DNA of 50,283 nucleotides, counting the filler, from Streblomastix strix (taxonomy: Eukaryota), in the NCBI GenBank assembly GCA_008636045.1. It is 2 parts of 2 records of this genome, joined end to end, with 100 filler letters (N's around TTAATTAATTAA, not from the genome) between each part and the next. Parts side by side here need not be neighbours in the genome. Positions count along the whole stretch, not along the records: positions 25,199 to 50,283 come from SNRW01000212.1; 1 more part is not named here. One strand, written 5' to 3'. The notes under the pieces were generated by a model that was not told where the DNA came from, did not search any database, and was given only the letters and a program-made list of their open reading frames with translations. The position numbers were made by a program, and so were the translations under genes. Shown here piece after piece: positions 26,708-36,479 of the stretch (positions are counted from its first letter, which is position 1; every line of letters begins with the position of its first letter).

Positions 26708-28132
26708 ATGACCGCTCAAGGTATGTAAATATTATCTTCGTCATCAGAATAAGAATTTGTCTAATGGAAAACAACTATTCCATAGGGCTATAATTAGTTC
26801 TAAGTTAACAGAATATGTAATATCCCACTAAACCTCTGTTATTACTTAAACAAAGACTACATAGAAATTAAAACTGATATCAAGTCAACAGATAGTAAGA
26901 AAATAATGATACAAGAGCCCATATAAGGTGGCTTTAAATTAACACCAATTAACCAACTCCCACCAATAAGAATTAAATTGAACACTCATGTCATCAATAA
27001 TTATGTAGATAACGAAACACATTAATCCTATAAATTTCTGCCCACCAAATATGTACTTAAAAATAGTGATATAAATAGTTTCACTGATAGTCAAGAATAA
27101 CACTTTCATTAATTCGATACAACAAATGGTGGACCAATCAGCTTTAATTAATCAGACAATGAACATACTCAAAAATTAGGTAGTTATTACACTCTGTCAT
27201 AAAATAAAGGTGTTGATATATGTTCTGCTGCTATAAATTATATAAACCTTCGTCTCGATTGTTTACTATATCATTACTGGATATAAGATACTTAGTTGGC
27301 AATAGCTTATCGAATGATGGGGTTAATTAAAATATATTGTCCTACAACAGATAACTATATTACATCTGTTTAGCCATTAACATAGAGTATAAAAATTATC
27401 TATAACACTGGGTAATAAATTGCCTTGATAAATAATGAGCTAGTTACTACGGATTAATAGCCTATTAATGTACAGAGTTAAAGTTTATAATTAACCATCA
27501 ATTAGATCAACACATTTCCTATCCGCTTATTATTCTCATTGCCCGCCCTATCATTAGCAGAATGGTTATATATTTATACTTCATGTTAGAGAATATCAGA
27601 CCTTGGCTAATTTATCCCGTAAATCCTAGAGGAATTTTATGAAAAATAATTCGCAGTTCCGAATAAAGTGTTATAAATAGAGCTGTCAAATAATCTGTAT
27701 ATCTAATTCACTAATGCCAGCGATTTATATGTGGGATCAATAATCGATAACCATATCAAATAAATGACATTAGAAACATGGTATTATAAAGTTAAATTTA
27801 ACGGTGATGATTAATATTAAAGTTTACCAATATTTTCACCCTTCATCGGTAACTTCATGGAGTATCCACAAATGTTAATTGTAACAGTAAGTAATTAATA
27901 GAGGGGTGTATCATTATAAGCCTAAGATAACGCTGCCTTTAGCAACGTAGTATTTAAATAGAATTTGATTGGTGCGCCAGTTATATGGGGATAGAATATG
28001 TTATCTAATTCAAATATTATCGGGATGAATAAAGAAGTAGTATTTAAACTATACGATAATATGAGTAGATAAGTTCCAGTATAATATATGGATATATATA
28101 ATAATTTGCTGTTAGAAATATAATATTAATGA
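26708..28132 (+). CDS. Putative minor capsid (penton-like) protein (474 aa)
   Basis: Uninterrupted beta-rich ORF in table 6. The C-terminus EVVFKLYDNMSRQVPVQYMDIYNNLLLEIQYQ resembles the 'I.i.l.D..G..v......l.l.f' end of Polinton/virophage pentons. The ORF is solid; the product is inferred. Confidence 0.5.
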
Positions 28133-28180
28133 ACATCGCGGGTAACCCCAAAAATAACGATAAAATCAATTCTGTAATTT

Positions 28181-28210
28181 TAAAAGAGAGGTGCAATCTA
28201 CCTTTTTATT
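28181..28210 (+). promoter_or_regulatory. Element-specific conserved motif, copy 2
   Basis: TAAAAGAGAGGTGCAATCTACCTTTTTATT, with CCCAAAAATAACG about 30 bp upstream. Confidence 0.55.
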
Positions 28211-28215
28211 ATTTT

Positions 28216-28434
28216 TCATTTATTAAGATACTCCATTAATTTAAGTGCAGCCTGCTGATTATCTTCTTTCGCTATCTCAATTATCTCTTTCAATTAGTCC
28301 ATTCGCAACCTCCTGTTAAATTATCTCAATAAGAATCTCAGCTCAATCTCAGGATCAGCCTTTGTAGCTTATGACACCAATAACTATAAAAATTGACAGT
28401 TGCACATATATTCCTATACGCTTATTGCAATCAT
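28216..28434 (-). CDS. Small hypothetical element protein (72 aa)
   Basis: MIAISVQEYMCNCQFLQLLVSQATKADPEIELRFLLRQFNRRLRMDQLKEIIEIAKEDNQQAALKLMEYLNK-TGA fills the space between its neighbours. Confidence 0.6.
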
Positions 28435-28450
28435 TTTAAGAATAATAAAT

Positions 28451-29729
28451 ATGTCGAGTAAAACTAAACGTAAGAGTAAAAAATCATGGTCAGAAAGTTC
28501 AGACACTACTTATTCCGAGTAAAGAAAATAGATAAACACAGTAATTAATTTACCATAATTATAGTCAGCAAAATATAATTACTCCACCAAAGGAATGAGA
28601 TAAGGGAGAAAATTGCGATATATATATGAAAAATGAAAATAAAATTACAATACCCCACATATTGAGGAGTGATGGCGCTTATAATAACTTAAGAAATTAA
28701 TTTCTAACCTTAGATCCAACATTAGTCTTAAGTAATGAAGGCCTTAGGATATTCAAAAATTCAGTTAATAAATCAGATTGGGCACAAGCTAATAAATTAT
28801 TATACGGTCCTAATTGGAAAAATATAATTAACGACCAACATTTAATGAAAAAAATAGTCGCACATGATGATACACAATATCTAATAGAAGAACAATAAGA
28901 AACAATGGCTCTCATGAGAAAAGAAACAGAGGAGAATTTTAAGAGATTAGTGAAAGAAAATGAAGGGATAGATGACCCTCGATTTAGCACCATATAAACG
29001 TCATAGCCTGTACCGTAAGAACATCGTGTTTGCGACAGGATATCAGCCCCGTAAAATTAAATGGGTAGTATGGCACCACCACCTGATCCCGATACTCAAA
29101 TAAAAGAACTAGGTGAAGAAGCTCCAAAATAATATGAATAAATATTAAAAGAAACAGATGTAGAATAATAACCTTTTATATATCCTGCTGAAGAAGACGC
29201 ATTATAATAACCAATTTTTAACTAAGAATATAATTATACTACTAATCAACCTCCTTAATATATATAATCAGCACCAACACAGTAAAAATATGCTAATGAT
29301 TTTTCAGATATTTAGTCACTGAGAGATGAAGAATTAGGTGCTGTTAATTAAAATAGATACAAAAATAAATATGGCTAAATACCTTAATTAAGTGAATTTT
29401 AAAGATAACAAATGTAATAGATTAAATAGAATTATTAGATGGGTGAAAACTTATAAGAAGCTAACGATGAAGTAATAAATGGACTAAAATATCTAGTTGG
29501 ATCAACGGGATGGGGAAAATAACCAATTAACGCTTATTTCAATAGATAGCACTTTCCTGATAGAACGTTCTAATGGTATACGAACGAAGGATAGACAGTT
29601 CTACGGCAAGCTAAAGTTAAATTAAGTAAATAATAACTATTAAATATACCCGCTAAACGAAAGAATTATATAAAGACTAAGGATCTAGAAAAATCAATGA
29701 AAGCGCAAAAATAACTGAGAAAGAAATGA
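28451..29729 (+). CDS. Hypothetical element protein split by a frameshift in a (TA)n run (28451-28636 and 28626-29729)
   Basis: A 61-aa basic ORF (MSSKTKRKSKKSW...) overlaps a 367-aa ORF (MKNENKITIPHILRSDG...KAQKQLRKK). Adding one TA unit at 28619-28627 fuses them. Confidence 0.7.
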
Positions 29730-30113
29730 TCATTATTTTTACTCATCTTATTTGTTTGTTTATTAATTTTCACTTGTCATTTGTTTCCCAGTTTTATACT
29801 TATCTAGAATAGTCATCATACTATCTATATCATCATCATCAAGTATATATTTATTAATCATCTTTGCTATATCCAATTACTTTGCAGTTACATCCTTGCG
29901 AAATAATACCACTTTTTATCTCTGTCGCTATTTGAATTATTTACGCTGCTCTTTAGCTTTTTCTTTAGCCTCTTCAGTATTTAAATACTTCTTAGGTCGA
30001 CCCTTATTTTTAGGAGTTTCCTGTAGCACATTGTCAATGAGTTCTTTAATCTCTTTATCAACGGTTTCATTAATGATTTCCTCTATTTACTTTAATTATA
30101 TATTTTATTCCAT
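29730..30113 (-). CDS. AT-hook DNA-binding protein (127 aa)
   Basis: TPKNKGRPKKYLNTEEAKEKAKEQRKQFKQRQRQK: a GRP AT-hook followed by a basic helix. Confidence 0.75.
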
Positions 30114-30137
30114 GGTGTTTACTTTACCGTAAAAAAA

Positions 30138-31196
30138 TCATAAAAATTACTTCTTGTATTTATCTTCGAGTTAATCTATATCGTCAGAGATAAATTTAGC
30201 GTAGTATGTTGGAATCTCAACTTACTGTATATCTTTGTATGGTTTCAATAATTTACACACCACATTACCATGATTATATTTAATGAATGTTGCTAGCTCG
30301 TTAAATTATCTGCGTTACTTATCGAACTAGTGTTTTGTTTTGGACAAGTCTAAGTGGATTAAAATAATATTTCCTACCTTTAAATTAAGTAGTCCTCCTT
30401 TTCTTTGTAAATTAATCTTACCATCAACTTCTTATTATTTTTGTCGAATATAACTTCCTTCTAGATCTCTGGATTTATTAACTTATTCGGGTGTATATTT
30501 ATTATTAAAAGCAGCGTGTTTTGATTTGTTATATTCGGTTGCTATTTATTATATTATATGATTAGATACTTGCTAGTTGAGTAGTTTATTTCTTATATTA
30601 CGTATAACACTATCCACCACTCTATTTTAATTGGTAAATGGTGATTTATTATAGAAGTGTTATATATTGTTCGGTGCTAACAATGATTTAATTTATCTAC
30701 TACCAAACGATGCTTCACCATCTGATCTAATATTTGTCACGTACTAGGATTATATTAGCTGCTCTATCGCTGGTATTAACGATTGTATCTCTTTTGTGCG
30801 AATAGGATAAATAATAAGATACTTTGTATTAACGTTGATAATAAATAGATACATTAATTACTTGAAGAAGGCTATATCCATTTCCCATGAACCTAATTGA
30901 GGAGAAAAGTACGGGCGTTAATATTTAGCTAGCGGTTTTAATTTATAGTCCTTGATTTTTTCTGAGGGTTCATATTGACGTTGTATATGTTATGATTTTT
31001 CCTTCCGTTATTTCTACACGTTTTTCTCGTTATATTCCTCTACATATAATTTATACCATTACTCCAAAGATTTGCCTTTAAATTAATCTGGTTATTGTAA
31101 TGATTTATTAAACTAGTGGTTAACATTGTGAATGAATTCTTTTAGCGTTAATTTATTAATTAGCCTATTAACCTTATCGGTGATAAACATTTCCAT
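30138..31196 (-). CDS. Retroviral-type (rve) integrase, Polinton-like, D,D35D triad (352 aa)
   Basis: GSWEMDIAFFKQLMYLFIINVNTKYL...TNIRSDGEASF...NRVVDSVIRNIRNKL...EYNKSKHAAFNNKYTPEQV...LKVGNIILI. Confidence 0.9.
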
Positions 31197-31231
31197 TTAT
31201 AATGTCCCAAATTTACACACTAATTCAAAAA

Positions 31232-31268
31232 TATAAAAAGGCAGATTGCACCTCTGTTTATTTTTTGG
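31232..31268 (-). promoter_or_regulatory. Element-specific conserved motif, copy 3
   Basis: Minus strand CCAAAAAATAAACAGAGGTGCAATCTGCCTTTTTATA, about 35 bp upstream of the integrase ATG. Confidence 0.6.
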
Positions 31269-31360
31269 ATTTGCTCAAAATCAATGATTTGGGCGTTGAC
31301 CGAATTTCGGTTGACACTAAAAATAAGTCAAGGAACCATTTTTGGTTCCTAGCTATAAAA

Positions 31361-31570
31361 TCATCTTTCTATACGATATGATAATTATAATACTCTATCT
31401 AAATGTTATAATATTTCAGCTAATATATCAATCATCTTTTGGGGTACTTCTCTATTATAAGTATCAGGGAACCTTGTAGATTAATCACTATCTACTATTT
31501 TTAACGATTCTTAACTAGATAGTGTTGCTTCATAAACCTTTTTAATAGACTCGATATTATAACTGTTCAT
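31361..31570 (-). CDS. Small hypothetical element protein (69 aa)
   Basis: MNSYNIESIKKVYEATLSSQ...RIER-TGA, followed by the hairpin AGGAACCA-TTTT-TGGTTCCT (31331-31350). Confidence 0.55.
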
Positions 31571-31591
31571 TTTACTAAGAAATAAAAAAAA

Positions 31592-31846
31592 TCAATAAGT
31601 TGCAATAAGAGATATATAATTAATGTATTTAATTATCTCCTAACATTTATCACTCATTAGCTCATCTTCATCTTATACGTTTGCCTCTTAAATTATCCTC
31701 TCGCTATCCTCACCTTTAATCGGCTCTACTTACGCTTAGTATATATAATATATCTCTGTATTGTTTGCGTTAATTGATTTCCCTAATTTTATAGCTACTT
31801 ACAATAATTATTCCATTTGTGTAAAAATAAATTCAGCTAGTTTCAT
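31592..31846 (-). CDS. Small hypothetical element protein (84 aa)
   Basis: MKLAEFIFTQMEQLLQVAIKLGKSINANN...LIATY-TGA. An out-of-frame ATG at 31863 may be the original start. Confidence 0.55.
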
Positions 31847-31903
31847 CAAATAAATTATTCCATTTTTATTCCTTAGTAAAATTTTTTTATCTCCTTAGTA
31901 AAA

Positions 31904-32392
31904 ATGAGTCAATATCAAGATATATTAGCACCTTTTTCAATTGATACCGAAGTGCCCATCGATATTTTCTACTTAGATTAACTTAAATTAATCGATAAAT
32001 TAAAAATAACACATAACGAAAAATAAGCTAGGAAATATCATTCATATCTAACCCATTGGCTATATGAACTGTAAACGAAATATTTTATACAAGAGATCAA
32101 AATAAATCCAATAGAAAATTGCCTTAAATCAATAGCTATACGTAGTATATTATTCCCTGAGGGATAAGAATCAATTGAAGATGATAAAAATAAACGAGAA
32201 CAATAAATTAAACAGTATAACGAAAAATTATAATAAATAAGATCAAGGATGTAAAAATTAGATAATGATATAAAAAAGATCGATTAATTTATAAATGAAT
32301 ATTATAAAGATGGTAGTCCTATTATAAATGAATATGGAAATTATTGTATCTTTGATATTTTACTAGTAGATTCGAATGAGTATATTGATTGA
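31904..32392 (+). CDS. Hypothetical coiled-coil element protein (162 aa)
   Basis: MSQYQDILAPFSIDTEVPIDIFYLDQ...SNEYID-TGA, open in table 6. Confidence 0.7.
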
Positions 32393-32431
32393 TTTATCGT
32401 TAATGTACTTGTTCATCACATATATTATTTT

Positions 32432-34399
32432 TCATGGAGGAATTGATCCTAGAGTTATTGGCCTTGCTCTCCAACATATATTAGTACCATTGCTATAGAA
32501 TCCTCCATTAGTGTCAACGCTATTCACACCCCATAATATCGGATTACCTGCTGAGTAGTTAACTGAACCACCATTTGTTGCGCCAGTACCTGAGATAATT
32601 GATCCATTGAAAGATAATGTGTTTCCATCAGCTGAGATACGTAATCCTCTATTATCGTTTCTAAAATCTGATGTCAAACAAATTACAAATTCTTATGTCA
32701 TAGTATCTTATCTCATCATAATGCCAGCTGCCCATTAACCTTATATTTACCCGCTTTATTAAGTTGAATCACAACCAAATTATATTTAGCTTAATCCATT
32801 AGTTGCTTTTGCTATTCGGATTCCTTCATTATAATTTGTACCAGTTGGATTTACCTAGAACACATCAGCAAATATTTTTGTACCATTAATCGTTTGATCA
32901 GTTCCCACATTAACTAATTCATTACCATTGAATTTAATTTAGGTACATACATCATTAATTGACAGACCAACACTATGATCAGCTTATCGTAAAGATGATA
33001 AATTTATTGTTAGTGCTTTATCACTTGTTTTACTTATCTCCCATTAGCCCGCCTGAGTTGAATTTGTAGTTGTTTTTACGCACCCTAGATATAATGATGC
33101 TGTTGAATCACCATTATTATTATATCCGATTCTAATACCATTATTATACGCAGTATAATTTCGATCTAATGGATTAACCTGTAACATATCACCTATTATC
33201 CCACCATTACCTAAATTAAATGTCATTAGTATCTATGTTTATGTCCCTGTGATTGATGAAACAATATCCTGCGTTAATATCTCTGTAACTCGAGTAGGCC
33301 AATATGTACCTTATTTACTTACAGAAACAGTTACCATTCCACTACCAGACATCATATGAATCCAAGCAGTATATACAGCAGAAGAATATGACCCTGTATG
33401 AGTATGTAATAGTTAATCAGCTCCATAATAAACATTCTATATAGTTTATACGTAAGATGGCGCAGTAAATACCCCATATAAAGCAACAATTCCATTAACG
33501 GTATAATAAGGTAACAAGTCAATAGTTTACATAGCGTTTGTATTACATTATACCTAGAATTATATATATGGAGCTCCTGTACTTGTTCCTGTAGGAAATA
33601 CACATAATCTAATATATCCACCTGTTCCGCTGTTGTAAGTTCTAGAAATTTTGTTATCTATAGTAGTTGTATCTCCATTCGCTAATAGTGTTTAAGTTGC
33701 TGTTCCACCTGTCATAATAAATTTAGTCGCTGTTATATCGTTATCGTATGTTAATTATTGAGGGTGTACATGATCTCCACGACTATATGAAGTACTAACA
33801 CCAGCTGCTGCTGTACCATTAATTATAGGTAGCTCGTCGCTAGCTGGTGTAACTTAATCAGGTACTAATTATCCACTATCATACCACTCTGACTCATACA
33901 TCCAAACAGTACCACTCTCTGCGCTAAAGGCAAAGTCACATGTACTTGATGCTGGTAAATTAACTATATCTGCGTTAATTAAGTAATAGCCTCTGAAATG
34001 AGTCTGTCGAGCTAGCTCTTGTTATATTTATGTTATTGATTAATTTATGTTAACTATATCTGCTGATGTTATACCCTATTCTTGTTATAGTTAGTTTACC
34101 TAGTTATTTAACTGGTTAATTTAAGTTATAAAATCGAAGTTAATGACATTGAGATCGTGAACGATTAATTGACCGTTAGTCTTTATTTTTAACGCGAAGT
34201 TGCTTGCTATTCCCTAATTTATATATTACTTATCTGCGTAAACTAATGATGATTCGTTATCAATGAAAAGCTAATAAGTATCATTAAACAAAGCTGCTGA
34301 TGAACTACTTTTATTCTTCACATATTATAAATAATACTATATCTATGTTGAAATTAGTTGATTAATGATTGATCGTTATTAGCTGGATAGTGCGGTCAT
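32432..34399 (-). CDS. Fibre/spike-like virion protein (655 aa)
   Basis: Coiled-coil N-terminal part, a phage tail-fibre-like motif GTAAAGVSTSYSRGDHVHP, and G/T/N-rich repeated modules (QVNPLDRNYTAYNNGIRIG; QVNPTGTNYNEGIRIA; NRGLRIS). Joins the track ORFs 33044-33226 and 32432-32677 in one frame. Confidence 0.7.
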
Positions 34400-34425
34400 T
34401 TATAATTAATAATAGTGTGGTAAAT

Positions 34426-34458
34426 TAAAAAAGGTTAGTTGCACCTCTGTTTTATTCG
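34426..34458 (-). promoter_or_regulatory. Element-specific conserved motif, copy 4
   Basis: Minus strand CCGAATAAAACAGAGGTGCAACTAACCTTTTTT, about 27 bp upstream of the fibre ATG. Confidence 0.6.
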
Positions 34459-34508
34459 GATAGGGAATCGATTTATTCGAGAATAGGGCTTCAAAGTTAT
34501 TATACCCA

Positions 34509-35054
34509 AGTAGTTAAGGATCTGAGAAACTTGTACTAATGTGAGATATGATATATCATTAAATTAAGGCGACCTGACAGTCCAACGGGGTATAAATATT
34601 CAAAACGTGTGAATTATGATGAAAAATAGCGACCATAATCTCTAAACATTCCTTCCTCTTCATTAGCTCCGTGGATTCATGGACATAAATATTCATTTTC
34701 GTTTGTTTCTTGGAGTAATATATTCATTTTTCATAGGGATAAAAAATACGAGTACTTATTTTCATTAGTATAAAGATAAAAAAATTGCTTGTTTTTCGTT
34801 TATTTCACCCAAAAAATAACGTTTTTAGTGTTTTTGGGGTGAAAATAATTAAAAATAAGACAAAATTATACTTAATATATACCCGATCGATAACGTGAAT
34901 TGCGAAACAGGTGAAAATAACTATTTTACCTCGCTATTTTTCATCATAATTCACACGTTTTGAATATTTATACCCCGTTGGACTGTCAGGTCGCCTTAAT
35001 TTAATGATATATCATATCTCACATTAGTACAAGTTTCTCAGATCCTTAACTACT
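34509..35054. repeat. 124-bp perfect inverted repeat (34509-34632 / 34931-35054) with 298-bp spacer at the element terminus
   Basis: AGTAGTTAAGGATCTGAGAAAC...GAAAAATAGCGA is the exact reverse complement of TCGCTATTTTTC...GATCCTTAACTACT. Confidence 0.95.
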
Positions 35055-36064
35055 CTCCTGATGAAGGATCAACAGTATCTATTCTTATAGAAGGTGATCC
35101 ATAAAGTTTGCAAACTGCATCATTTGGAATGAAAGACATTTCATGGTTCGACTTTGATAATAAACATTATGGTGTATTTGTATCAAATGATGGAAGAATA
35201 TTCACTGGTATTGATGGAAGATAAGATTAAGCATATCCATTGAAAATTAAAATCGAAAAGATGATATTGAATATGAATAAGGTGATATCAAATAAGAATA
35301 TGATATTCAAAATCATTATCTTATTTAGTGGATTATTCTTATTATTGTTTTATTTTCAATTATTCTAATAATAATAATTATTATTTTAATTTGATGCATA
35401 TTTTTTTTGCTGGAAAAATTAAAAATACGAAAAAAATATTGAAATCGACTATTTTACTGAAATGAATTATTAAAACAGTAGAAACTTGACAGAAATGAAT
35501 CAAATAGTTGAAGAACCAGCAAATAATCACGACTCTAAGAATATTTAATTGTATGTCAAATCAATCTCAAATATATAATAAACTTATCCTCATTTATATT
35601 AAATTAAACATTAATCAGAGCATAATGAATCTAAATAATATAAATCTGATTAATCGTCTTGTTCAATTCAAATTAGACACTCTTCTAATATTATACCAAT
35701 TGTTTTTAATGCTAGTTAAAATTCAAGTACTATAGTTCTTGTGAGCAATTCAAATTCAAAATAACCAGAGAATAATTAAATAAACGAATCTCTCGTTCAT
35801 TCATCTTCAGGATATTTATCAGGACATCCTGCAAATACTTCTTCTTCAAAGTCACTTGATCTTTCTTAAAGCACACCACTAATTCAGATTCATGAGCCTT
35901 ATCCGCAATATATTGATCCTTCTTTACATTGGGTATAATAAAATTAATTATAAGGTTCAGAGAAAGATTTTGATCCTCCATTAAAGAAAAATCCTCCTAT
36001 TTATTCTGAAGTAGAACAATCACATAATATTAATGATGAAGAGCAATAAATTATTATTGATTGA
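35055..36064 (+). pseudogene. 3' remnant of a beta-helix-family type I membrane protein gene, truncated by the viral element
   Basis: PDEGSTVSILIEGDPQSLQTASFGMKDISWFDFDNKHYGVFVSNDGRIFTGIDG matches ATFAMKDKQFLNYKQKQYGALISNDRRFFTGSDG of the 37757-43911 gene. The TM segment is frameshifted. The tail ends at TGA 36062-64. Confidence 0.75.
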
Positions 36065-36479
36065 GATAGTTTCAAGAAAATCAATATCTTATCATATAAA
36101 TATAAAAACAAGAAGAAGGGAACATTAGAATCATAACTTTATTTTATTTATATTTTATATTATTATCCTTATTTCAAATTTTCTTTCTTCTCCTTTGAAA
36201 ATTATTAATTTTTAATTAAAATTATTTTTTTTATATTATTTTTTTAATTATTTATTCGTTCTTTTTTATTTTGTAACTACTAGTATGAGATGTTTATTAA
36301 ATCAAATCAATAATAAAATAAAATTTTAATAATTAAATAGAATTTGAAACACTTTTTCTTATACACCAAATTTGCTATATATTATTCTTTATTAATATTT
36401 CAAAAAGTATTAACGATTTGGTATCACAAGTTTTCATTAATTATTTAATTCAGCATTTTTATACTCTTTAATGATTCCA

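Larger units (their letters stand above)
25199..35054. mobile_element. Polinton/Maverick-like endogenous viral element (left end lost in gap)
   Basis: About 12 tightly packed intronless ORFs including an rve integrase, HNH proteins, and penton-like and fibre-like proteins. The right end is ...TTAACTACT (AGTAGT on the other strand, a known Polinton terminus type) and directly abuts a truncated host gene. Confidence 0.8.

Noticed and set aside
25231..34458. Repeated motif as a CRISPR array or integron attC series
   Set aside because: Copies are about 3 kb apart and in both orientations, with no cas or tyrosine-recombinase gene, in a eukaryotic context.
34509..35054. Stand-alone MITE interpretation of the terminal inverted repeat
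   Set aside because: No target-site duplication (TACCCA vs CTCCTG); kept instead as the element's terminal structure.
35730..35981. Minus-strand 83-aa ORF in the track
   Set aside because: Antisense to the longer plus-strand frame 35057-36064, which has homology support.
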